Positions 54,345 through 64,000 of a stretch of 64,000 nt of DNA are shown here, in pieces (position 1 is the stretch's first letter; every line of letters starts with the position of its first letter). Source of the stretch: Takakia lepidozioides. Lineage: Eukaryota > Plantae > Bryophyta. The notes beneath the pieces are model-generated. The model was not told the DNA's origin. It worked only from the letters and a program-made list of their open reading frames with translations, and did not search any database. The DNA is taken from assembly GCA_030704615.1 (NCBI GenBank), contig CM060732.1:28892001-28956000 (forward strand), written 5' to 3'. Position numbers and translations under genes: made by a program.

Positions 54345-57300
54345 TTACTGTTTTCGAGTAGCAAACCTTTGTGAGTGATCACTTTGTTGACGTTGAGAGT
54401 TTCGTGGTGGGCTGTGTGTACGAGCCCGAGGTCTGTCTCTGGTTGATGGAGATGGTTGATTACTACCTGGATAAGTGAGGCCTTCTGGAGGCTGATATCG
54501 AGGTAATCTTTCCGGCAGAGGAGATCCCCTTTGTTTCTTCGCTTCCATCTGAATTGTATAGTCTTCTCCCATGTCAAAAGAATTTTGTGAAGAACCAGTT
54601 GTATCAGAATCGTCATCGCCTCTTAGGTGTTTTAATTTTCGAACTTTTTGTGGAATCATCTGGGGCATACAATGCTGTCCTACCATGTCTGGAAGTTTGC
54701 ATTTTACAACCTGGTGCAACCGTTGAACAGCAAAATTGGTGTAGACACTGAGCTCCTTGTCTGTCCAAATGAGTGGGGTACCAATTACTGGTGCCGCGTG
54801 CAAGTATTTCCATGCGATATGTCCCTTATAGAAAATGTCATCAAGTCCGAATTTCTGTGTTGACAAATTGTTGCAGGCTGCTTGAAACCATGAACGAATT
54901 TGAGAATCCTTCTGTATCATAACTTTTGGGTCATATAGGTACATATGAGGTGGCACCGAAGGTAATACCCAATGATCTCCACTGGAGTAACTTTGAAAGC
55001 GTGCTTGCATCTTTTGTTGCTCAATGTGGTAACGTATCAGAAAACAAGCAGCGTAGTATAGCCCGCACCCCATGACAATACTTGCTATCTCCTTGGTCTT
55101 GGTATAAATGAGTCCATGTACAACCTGGAAAGCAACCAATTCCCTCAACATTGTACCTGCCTCGTGCCAGTATTGTGCAAAGTGATGATCTTCAATATGT
55201 CGATTGTTTGGAAGAACTTTAGTCCTGGTTGCCACTGGCAGCCAAATACGCATGATTTGGTAGTAATGTGCGAATGACTGCGGAGGACTAAATTCTTTCC
55301 AAGCCAAATCCAACATGAATGGAATTTGGTTGAAGGGCATAATCATAGCCCTACTGTACTCCCTGGCAGCTGGAGTTTTAGGTGGGTTAAAAGCTGCATT
55401 GCCCCATACCTCCGGCTGTGGTGGCTGTGGTGTGGTTGTAGTAACCACAGGTTCAGTTACTGGTACACTGACCTGTTGTGGTGGTGGTGGTAGTGGTTCC
55501 TGTACCATTGGCATCTCTTGCACCTCCTGTGAAGACTGAAAAGCCAGAGTTCTGGCTTTCAAATAAGAAGCCATTAGCTGTTCCCGAGGGATATAGACTC
55601 TTTGGTCGATGTTTGAAGTGAGGTCTTCCACTTGAGTCTGGAGTCCGTCTACATCCTCTTGTAACTCTGCTATCCTACTATAGACATTGTCTATAGTAGT
55701 TGTGGCAATGTTCTGCACCTGCAGTCTAAGCTCATTCATCTCGCTTTGGGTGAGCTTCCGTGGGGCTTTGCCTTCTACTGGCCCTTGTGCTAGCCAGACC
55801 TGCATAAGGCTGTTATCCACCAAGCTGCTTGTGGTTCCCCTGAGAGTTTGCTCCTCTCTTAGCTTATACAATTCCAACTGCTGTTGTAAATCCTTCATGC
55901 GCTTCGCCTGTGGCTCAACCAATTGCGCATAGGCAACAAGTAGATTATTGGCTTCTTTCGAAGCCTTGTTACTGATTGAGATTTCATTTCTATTGGCCAC
56001 GATGTTTTGTTGCAACTCCACGATGTATTTCTCATTCTCAGCTTCCATCTGCCTGTATTGCTTGAGAGTATCTTCATTGCGACAGATTGTATTCTTCATA
56101 TCGACAATGAGCTTCATGTGCTCCGCATTCTCTTCTTCTGCCTTCGTACATTTTTCCGCTTGACTGTTTATTTCTTTTGTTGATTGGTCAAGCATAGTTG
56201 TAATTGTAGCGCATTGTATTGCCATCCTGTTATGCACTGTTTGCAACTCCGTATGTAGTGCATTCAGTTCTTGCAACTTGCTTTCATGCTGCACCTGCAT
56301 TTGGTATAGCTGTTGCTTATGTGCTTCGTGCAACTGGTCTTGCGCGAGGCCTGCCTCAATCAATTGTTGCTTGGCTAATTGCAAAGCCATTTCTGTATTG
56401 GCCAAGTCCTGCTTCATCTTGAGAGTGACCTCTTCATCGACCTTGTTTGCACACTCAGTGGCAAGTCGAGCCTCAAACTCCTTCCTGAGTTCTTCTTTCA
56501 AGGCTGTCAATTGGGTAATTGGAACATGGGTTTTGACATAAGTCCCCAACAAATTAAGTGTCCTGCCTATGGAACTCATCAGCATTTCCTGTTGAGGGTC
56601 ATCATGGTGAGGTTGCTGCTGTTCCTCCCGATCTTCAACAGTATGATGTCTCACTAACCATTCAGACCATTGTCCCACCGGATTTTCTTCCTGAACTACT
56701 TCATTCATGACCGGTGCTACAGTGTCATGGCCTTCTGCCTGTGGTACCTCCAACACAGGTGTGTGCATTATATGCACCTCAGGATTTCCTTTGGGCAACT
56801 GTTGCACCTCTGGGATTTCTGTCTCCTTTACCAGACCAGAATATTCATAGAGAAGGTCCCCTTTCTCTATTTCTGCCACTATCTGCTCTGTAGTTGGAAT
56901 CTCTATCCCTTCACTTTCCAAATCAATTATTTCGGTTTGAGCTGCATGGATAACTTGTGACCTTGTGACAAGTCGTTCAAGTGGCTGTGTTGGTTGTGAT
57001 GCAGAAGTAACTTCTTCCTCCCTCTCTGAAGGTCCTGCTTCCAGTAATAACATTCTTTTGTGCTGCTGTGCCCCTTCCTGGTTATGAGCTTGGGAAACAT
57101 TATCATGCGGAATCCGTGAAGCCAGTGGATCCGCCACTACAGTCTTTCCCCTTCTCTGCCTCTTAGTCTCTGGTTGTGCTGCTAGTCCACCCTCACTGTG
57201 TGAAGAGCCTTGCTCTTCCATTGCAGTTGTTTCTGGCTCAAACACTCCCATTTCCTTCCTTTCTTGTGCATTAAGTATGCCCGAACTAAGGATTATTTGA

Positions 57301-58558
57301 GCAATGATTGGGCCAGACACTATGATAGGAGATTTTGCGGTAGTACTTTGTAATCTTTTCATCTCCTCTACCAGTGCGTTGTACATTATGTCCGCCCATA
57401 GTACCTCTTGTCCCTTCAAGCCTTTGAGGATTTCCTCTGTGAAGGATTTGCTCAAATATTGTTGGTTCTGTTTCAGGGCAATCAGAACGTTCAATACTTG
57501 GCTTATGTCTTTTAACCCTGGGTACACAGCTTTGGTACAAGCATAACCCTGAGTTTTAAGAAACTCCCTTCTTGGAATAAATCCCCTATTTGCAGTCTTT
57601 CCCTGTGTTCTTCCACATACACATGACCTGCTGGCAATTGAAACAATTGCTGGAGGTATAGGGGAGTAATCATTAATTCAACTCCCTTCACCGTTGTTGT
57701 TCCTGTCTTTGGCTCAAAGTTCTGCAAAAATTGTAACATGTACTGTCTATGGTGTAGTGTCCAATCCTTGCTTTGCAATCCTTCCAATCTCAGCTCCTTC
57801 AGTATCTTTGTCGCCTGTGGGGTAGCCATCGTTTGTTTCTGCAGAATGGTGGTGCTCTTCACCCTGATTTCCTCCATTCCTCTCACTCTCTTCATCTTAG
57901 ACTCACCGAACTGCTTTGGCTGTAACAACTGCAGGAGTGCCTGTAGTGCACAAAGCAGAAACGTATGGTTGCCGCAGAAAGCTATGGGTAACCTCTTGTA
58001 AGCCTGCGGGGCTTGCAAGCATTGTTCAAGAGAAAAGCTCTGCTCTTTCGTTTCGTGTCTCTGCCACTGCGTAAGTAATATTGCGAGCGTAATGTCTGTT
58101 AGTTCCTCCATAGTTTCCAAGTTATAGCATTTATGGCCTGTCCTGTCGAGACGCCCGTTACTCTGAACGACGCCGCCTCTTGCGCTCAATTTCCCTCCAT
58201 TTTCTTGATCATTTTTCTGGTTTTCTATTGGCTGTGGCCGCTGTGACTGGATTTTAACTTTTATCTTCTTTAGTGGACTTTCCCTGTTGGATAGTCCACT
58301 AGGATCACACATGCGACATGAATTCGGCTTTTCTGTACTTGCCGTTCGTTCTGTTTCCCTTTTTCCGTAATCATTAATGGGTCCGCCTTTCATCCCTTTT
58401 GACGGCCGTTCTTGTCCTCTTTCTTTTTGACACCTGTCCTTGCACTTCATTCTCTGCTGTGTGTCGCACCCTGACCTCCACGTGTCTATTTTTAAATTAA
58501 TTTCCGTTTCTTCTTCCTTCAGCCATTTTACTGAAGTTTTTATGTGTCCACTTGTCAC
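54345..58558 (-). CDS. Gypsy 3' extra ORF (~1400 aa if the 1-nt frameshift near 57555 is repaired): plant-transposon-protein-like N-terminal domain plus long coiled coil
   Basis: ORFs 57512-58558 and 54345-57527 are in one frame in copy 1 (GSFFKTQGYACTKAEYPGL); FLQNF...VKGVELMITP...LFQLP motif; long E/Q/K-rich helical stretch. Confidence 0.8.
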
Positions 58559-58732
58559 TGATTCTATGGATCGTGTAACTTTAGTAGGCTGTCTTGAGCT
58601 GTGATAGGCTGTGTTGCACTGTGGTAAGCTGTGATAGGCTGTGACACGCTGCGGTAGGTTGTGATAGGCTGTGTCACGCCTTGCTGGGTGTAGTTGGCTG
58701 TGTCACGTCGTGACGGGCTGTGATAGGCTGTG

Positions 58733-61700
58733 TCACGTCGTGACGGGCTGTGGTAAGCTGTGTTGCGCCTGCTGCTGGGCTGTGGTTGGCTGTGTCACGT
58801 CGTGATGGGCTGTGATAGGCTGTGTCACGCCGTGATGGGCTGTGATAGGCTGTGGTGCGCCTTGCTGGGCTGTGTTGGCTGTGTCACGTCGTGATGGGCT
58901 GTGATAGGCTGTGTCACGCCTTGATGGGCTGTGATAGGCTGTGTCACGTTTGTTTTGCCCACCCCGGTCATATATACTGGGCCTAGCGACAAGTGTTCCA
59001 TACTCCGTTCGTAACACTGGTGCAGCCCGTGACTGCTCTTGCGGTTCAACATGCAAATCATGTTGCAGGGGTTTGTCATGGATACCACTGTACCCCTTCA
59101 ACTTATTTGCATTGACTCTTCCCAGCATTTCCTTGTTAATGGTTTGTAACATGGCTGTGTTGTTATCATACATCTTTTGTATGACATAAGGTCCTTTCCA
59201 TGGTGATTTAAGCTTAGAAGCTTGAATCTTTCCTTTCTTCTGCAACCATAAAACCAAATCCCCCGTCTTAAAAGTCTTTAATTTGCCTTTATCAAACTGT
59301 TCCTTTCGCTTCATCTGAATTCTGGTCATATTATCAGCTGCATCAGCACGTACTTCTTCCACATGGTATAATTCATGTTTCCTGACCTTGATGGAGTCTT
59401 GCAATTCCATTCTTTTTCCCCACTCTGTTCTCATGGTAGGTAACAGGAATTCCACTGGAAGTAAGGCTTCCATACCATAAACTAATTGGAATGGTGTATA
59501 CTTAGTGGTGACTTTATATGAAGTCCTGTATGACCACAAAGCTGTCAGCAGCTTTGTATCCCAATCCGTTCTGTTTGCATTGACTATCTTAGCCAAGATA
59601 GTACATAGTATTTTGTTGGTAGCCTCTGCCTGTCCATTACCCTGTGGGTAATATGTTGTACTCTTTCTATGCACAATCATAAACTCTTTAGTCAATAACT
59701 CAATGGTCTCATTCATGAAGTGACTTCCTTGATCACTGATAAATTCTAAGGGACATCCAAATCGTGTAAGTATGTTCTCGTACAGGAACCTTGCTGTGGA
59801 CTTGGCTGTGTTGTCCCTCAAAGCTTTAGCTTCCACCCACTTTGTAGTATAATCAGTGGCTGTAATTATGTACCTGTTTCGTGTATTCTTGGATGGTGGA
59901 TTAATTGGTCCAACAAAGTCTAGTCCCCATTTCTGAAATGGTTCCGTAGGCATTGTAGGATGCAAGGCCATTCTTCCAGATCTCTGCAAAGGTCCTAGCC
60001 TCTGACATTCATCACACTTCTGACAATACTCATGTACATCTTTGAACAACGTAGGCCACCAGTATCCTGCGAGTAGTATCTTTCTACTGGTAGTCTCTTC
60101 TCCAAAATGACCTCCAGCCACTCCTTTATGAACTTCCTCCAAGACTTTATTTACTTCATGGTGGTACAAGCATCGTTTTAGTACTCCATCAGGTCCTAAC
60201 TTATACATTCTGCTTCCTACCATAGTATAAGGTAAAGCTCTGATAGCAATTCTTTTCCTTTGCTCCTTACCATAACTAGGTGGGCACTGACCATGAGCAA
60301 GGTAGTATCTGATTGGCCATTGCCAATCTAACCATTCATCTGCACTTCCTTGCACCTCCATTACAAATAAACTCGCATCAGGTAACTGATCGTCCACTCC
60401 TGTGGCGGCCTCTCCTGTTGTTAGTCGTGACAAATGATCTGCCACAAGATGCAAACGGCCAGGCTTGTAAATAACCTCGAACTCAAACTCATGCAAGATT
60501 ATTAACCACCTCGCTATCCTTCCACTTATCAAAGGTTTGTTCACCAGATATATCAGAGCCTGGTGATCCACATAAAACATAAACTTTCTTCCCAATAGGT
60601 AATGCCTGAATTTCTTCACTGCATAGATCATTGCCAATGCTTCTCTTTCCGTTGTGCTATAGTTCCTCTCAGCACTGTTCATCAACCGGCTAGCATAGTA
60701 CACAGGTGAATCTATATTCCCTGTAACATTCTGGGCTAACACCGCTCCCAATGCTTCTCCTGATGCATCGCAGTGAACATGAAATACTACATGCCAGTGA
60801 GGGTTAATCAGCACAGGTGTAGTTGTTACTGACAGTGTAAGTTCCTCAAACGCCTGTTGACATTCAGCTGTCCATGCAAACACTGCATCTTTCTTCAGAA
60901 GCTTGCTCAATGGTGCTGCTATTTGTGCATACCTTTTGACAAATCTTCTGTAATAACTGGTTTGCCCAAGGAATCTCCTTAAACTCTTAACATTCACTGG
61001 TGGTGGAGAGACTTTAATGGACTCTGTCTTCCTGGGATCCACAAGAAGTCCCTTCTTACACACTATGTGTCCCAGAAGCACCCCTGAGTTCACACAGAAA
61101 GTACACTTCTCTGGATTCAAGCCCAGACCTCTCATCCTGCATCTGGCCAGGCATAACTCCAATTTATGCAAGTGCTCATTCTTAGAGCTGTACACACTGA
61201 AATCATCCAAAAACACCTGCATGAAATCATCCAGATACTCTTGAAAAGATTCACTTATCACTCTCTGAAAGGTCGCTGGTGCATTACAAAGTCCAAAGGG
61301 CATGACTTTGTATGCATAAGCCCCCCAGTCTGTGATGAAAGCTGTTTTCCCTTGGTCTTCTTCTGCCACTTGCACTTGATTATAACCACTGAAGCCATCC
61401 ATGAATGAGTACATCTCATGGCCTGCCACAGTGTCTAATACTGCTTCTGTGAATGGCAAAGGGAAAGGATCTTTCTTCGTACAAGCATTCAGCTTCTTAT
61501 AGTTCACACATACTCTTAGTTTGCCATTCTTCTTGGGAACTATAACAATGGGTGACAACCAAGTTGTATACTCTATTGGGTATATAAACTTAGCCTCAGC
61601 CAACTTCTTTATCTCTTCTCCAACCTTCTGTGCGTAGTTGGGATTCATTCTATACCTCGCCTGCTTGATTGGCACTGACCCTGGTTCCAGTTCAATTTTA

Positions 61701-62800
61701 TGCTGACAGACTTCAGGTGGTATCCCTTTTAGATCCTCATAGCTCCAAGCAAATACATCTCTGTATTTGATGAACAAGCTTTTAGCTTCTTCGAAGAATT
61801 CCGGCTCCAAATCAGCTCCTACTTTCACCATCCTTGGTTCCTCCGGAGTTCCCACATTTACTTCTCTCACCTGCTCATCAGCTGTGATTGTCCAACCAGT
61901 CACCACTTCATCCTGTAAGCTCACAGTGGCTGGTTCTTCTAGGATTTCTATTTCTCCTTCTCTTTCTTCATAGAAATGTGATGGGTAAATGCTGGTTTCT
62001 TCTTCCGTTGGTGTTGCTGTCACTACACCACAGCAGATACCTCTCAAACAACTTAGGCTTTCCAGCCGCATCTCTGCAACTTGCTCCCACTCTGGGTGTG
62101 CAGCAAATAGGGTAGCTTCCTGCTCCTCATCCAGTCCTCCCCTCCAGTCATACTCTCTGACTCCTCGAGGTCTTCTTGTAGCAGGTAATCTACTAGATTT
62201 CTTTGTGGTAATTTGTATCTCGTGCATCCCATTATGCACAGTTAGTAACTGAGAATTCCAGTCATGGAATACCCTGGCCTGTTTCAGCCACGGACGTCCC
62301 AATAATAAGGAATAAGCCTCCATGACTTCATCCATTTTTAATACAGTTACTGTGATCAGAAAGATCATTTTCTGTATCTGTATCTTAACTCCTCTTATTA
62401 ATCCCAATGGCTGTACACTTCTTTGATCTGCCATTGTTACTGTAAATGGGGCTGGTTTCATGTTACTTAGACCAAGCTTCTTCCTTAATTGGTCTGTCAT
62501 GATATTTACTCCAGAACCACCATCTATCAGTACATCAGTTAGTTCTGTGCTTCCAATTCTCAATTGGATTACTGGCATAGAATCATCAAAGTCCATGACT
62601 GGTTCTCGCCCTTCCGGCTTCACATTATAACTGGTCACCTTGCTGTTCAGGTCTGTGTTTCCTGTTTCTTGGGCAATTCGATTGATTGCCTGATACAGCC
62701 TGTGCCTACAATAAGGTGCCACAGCTAATAGCTGTCCAATGGTAATTTCTGCTTTGGTCTGACATATTACTTCAGCCAAAGTCTCTTCATTACTTTGCAT
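58733..62800 (-). CDS. pol polyprotein (protease, RT, RNase H, integrase), open frame
   Basis: LIDGGSG, FLDDF, CDASG, HHCC zinc finger, DFVGP, SDQGSHF, GNGQAE; no chromodomain. Confidence 0.96.
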   Translation of the reverse strand: MQSNEETLAEVICQTKAEITIGQLLAVAPYCRHRLYQAINRIAQETGNTDLNSKVTSYNVKPEGREPVMDFDDSMPVIQLRIGSTELTDVLIDGGSGVNIMTDQLRKKLGLSNMKPAPFTVTMADQRSVQPLGLIRGVKIQIQKMIFLITVTVLKMDEVMEAYSLLLGRPWLKQARVFHDWNSQLLTVHNGMHEIQITTKKSSRLPATRRPRGVREYDWRGGLDEEQEATLFAAHPEWEQVAEMRLESLSCLRGICCGVVTATPTEEETSIYPSHFYEEREGEIEILEEPATVSLQDEVVTGWTITADEQVREVNVGTPEEPRMVKVGADLEPEFFEEAKSLFIKYRDVFAWSYEDLKGIPPEVCQHKIELEPGSVPIKQARYRMNPNYAQKVGEEIKKLAEAKFIYPIEYTTWLSPIVIVPKKNGKLRVCVNYKKLNACTKKDPFPLPFTEAVLDTVAGHEMYSFMDGFSGYNQVQVAEEDQGKTAFITDWGAYAYKVMPFGLCNAPATFQRVISESFQEYLDDFMQVFLDDFSVYSSKNEHLHKLELCLARCRMRGLGLNPEKCTFCVNSGVLLGHIVCKKGLLVDPRKTESIKVSPPPVNVKSLRRFLGQTSYYRRFVKRYAQIAAPLSKLLKKDAVFAWTAECQQAFEELTLSVTTTPVLINPHWHVVFHVHCDASGEALGAVLAQNVTGNIDSPVYYASRLMNSAERNYSTTEREALAMIYAVKKFRHYLLGRKFMFYVDHQALIYLVNKPLISGRIARWLIILHEFEFEVIYKPGRLHLVADHLSRLTTGEAATGVDDQLPDASLFVMEVQGSADEWLDWQWPIRYYLAHGQCPPSYGKEQRKRIAIRALPYTMVGSRMYKLGPDGVLKRCLYHHEVNKVLEEVHKGVAGGHFGEETTSRKILLAGYWWPTLFKDVHEYCQKCDECQRLGPLQRSGRMALHPTMPTEPFQKWGLDFVGPINPPSKNTRNRYIITATDYTTKWVEAKALRDNTAKSTARFLYENILTRFGCPLEFISDQGSHFMNETIELLTKEFMIVHRKSTTYYPQGNGQAEATNKILCTILAKIVNANRTDWDTKLLTALWSYRTSYKVTTKYTPFQLVYGMEALLPVEFLLPTMRTEWGKRMELQDSIKVRKHELYHVEEVRADAADNMTRIQMKRKEQFDKGKLKTFKTGDLVLWLQKKGKIQASKLKSPWKGPYVIQKMYDNNTAMLQTINKEMLGRVNANKLKGYSGIHDKPLQHDLHVEPQEQSRAAPVLRTEYGTLVARPSIYDRGGQNKRDTAYHSPSRRDTAYHSPSRRDTANTAQQGAPQPITAHHGVTQPITAHHDVTQPTTAQQQAQHSLPQPVTT

Positions 62801-63933
62801 GTCTGCATCTTCTTTTCTCCTTTCTTCCTCACTCTCCTCTTTTTCTCATCCGAATCAGAGGAATCTGCCACAGGAATATCAGTACTCTTTTGCATTTCCC
62901 TTATAGTATCTGCCACTTCCTTGTGCAGTTCCTTCTCATCCTTCCAAGTCTCTTCCTCTTCAGGCATATCATTGCCACTTCCAGTCTCATCTTCTTCCTC
63001 TTCTACTGGAGGTATTAGTTTAGCTTTACTTCTTGTTACTATCATTGTACTTACTTCTGGTACAACACATGGCCTAACCATGTGAGCTGCCACCACTGGG
63101 CCCTCATTCACAGGAGCTCTCATCTCATTCTGGTGTCTTATCCAGAATGAACAGGCTGCCTTGCGATGTCCTGGCTGATTACAATAGTAACATAGCTCTT
63201 CACCATTGGGTCCTCGCCCTTGGTCTGGTCTTGGATTATTTCTATAATCCTGATTCCCGGGCTGGTAATTCCCCCTCGGATTACCCTGATAGTTGCCTCT
63301 GGAATTTCCTTGGTAATTCCCTCTTGAATTACCTCTTCCTTCCATGCCATTGTTATAACCACCAGACCTACCATAGTGGTCCTGATCATTGCTTCTTCTT
63401 GGCTGGGGTTGCACCTGATGCACCCTCACTTGCCTAGGTTCTCTGGCAGCTGTCCTTCTGTTGTAGTAACAATTCTCAGTAGAATGGTTATCCATTTTAC
63501 AGATAGTACAGTGTTTCTCCTTCATGTGGCATTCTGTAGTGGTATGGCCTTCATTCTGGCACTTTGCACACCATACACCCTTCCTCCAATGTGTTGCAGC
63601 CTCTGTGGCATACTTCTTCAAGATTTCTTCCAATCTTTTCTCATAGTTATCCCTCTTCAACTTTTCCTTTCTCTTACTCTTTCTTTTTAGTTCTTGCTCT
63701 TCTTCTTCATCTGACTCATCTTCAGAGTCCTCATCTTCCTTTTTCTCTCTCCTGAGCATTCCCAATTGCTCAATTCTGTTCGCAGTTTCAAATGCCTCCT
63801 CCACTGTATTATGGGGTAACATATCCACTTTCTTCTGCAACTCTGGTCTTAGTCCACTCACAAACCAAGTCTTCTGTAAACCGGGTGCTGGTACTGCAGC
63901 CAGCTTTTTCATCATCAATTCCATCTTCTCCAT
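62767..63933 (-). CDS. gag (partial) with three CCHC-type knuckles
   Basis: Highly similar to 15685-16770. Confidence 0.92.
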   Translation of the reverse strand: MEKMELMMKKLAAVPAPGLQKTWFVSGLRPELQKKVDMLPHNTVEEAFETANRIEQLGMLRREKKEDEDSEDESDEEEEQELKRKSKRKEKLKRDNYEKRLEEILKKYATEAATHWRKGVWCAKCQNEGHTTTECHMKEKHCTICKMDNHSTENCYYNRRTAAREPRQVRVHQVQPQPRRSNDQDHYGRSGGYNNGMEGRGNSRGNYQGNSRGNYQGNPRGNYQPGNQDYRNNPRPDQGRGPNGEELCYYCNQPGHRKAACSFWIRHQNEMRAPVNEGPVVAAHMVRPCVVPEVSTMIVTRSKAKLIPPVEEEEDETGSGNDMPEEEETWKDEKELHKEVADTIREMQKSTDIPVADSSDSDEKKRRVRKKGEKKMQTCKVMKRLWLK

Positions 63934-64000
63934 ATACTCTTCAACAGTTCATGCTTCTTCTGCTTCAGCTGTTGTAAACTTCCATACACTTCATCCTCAG

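Larger units (their letters stand above)
53232..64000 (-). mobile_element. Large non-chromoviral Ty3/gypsy element, copy 2 (nearly intact; 5' part outside the window)
   Basis: gag, pol, long 3' extra ORF, PPT AGGGGGGAAGGGG (54310-54322) and 3' LTR. Confidence 0.96.

Noticed and set aside
62767-62860. Programmed frameshift between gag and pol in gypsy copy 2
   Set aside because: Copy 1 reads through the same region in one frame (SSDSEREEEVSEDEG...MQSNE), so this is a private 1-nt indel.

Overview
This is eukaryotic, almost entirely transposon-derived DNA from a land plant, probably a seed-free plant such as a bryophyte, lycophyte or fern. That assignment is inferred from TTTAGGG telomere repeats and debris of PLS-class PPR and OSB-type PDF-motif genes. 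No intact host gene is evident. The most striking content is a set of endonuclease-less Penelope-like retroelements (PLEs) arranged as a telomere-type chain at 1875-7592, with a second cluster at 37468-38982. Two RT families are joined head-to-tail through a (CCCTAAA)7 tract. Each carries a TATA box followed by a minimal hammerhead ribozyme. One family has an ORF1 joined to the RT by a G_GGA_AAU slippery site plus a predicted H-type pseudoknot (-1 ribosomal frameshift), and single telomere-complementary motifs sit where telomere priming would be expected. The rest of the window holds: two copies of a large non-chromoviral Ty3/gypsy family with extra ORFs on both sides of gag-pol, one split by a CACTA insertion and then an inversion (reconstructable from the CCA target-site duplication); a PHD-finger gypsy integrase; a chromovirus 3' fragment; a MULE-type DDE/SWIM transposase flanked by palindrome arrays; a LINE with two 2A-like motifs; GC-rich hairpin arrays; and shuffled PPR/PDF-motif gene fragments. 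All coordinates and alignments were read by eye, so boundaries marked approximate may be off.
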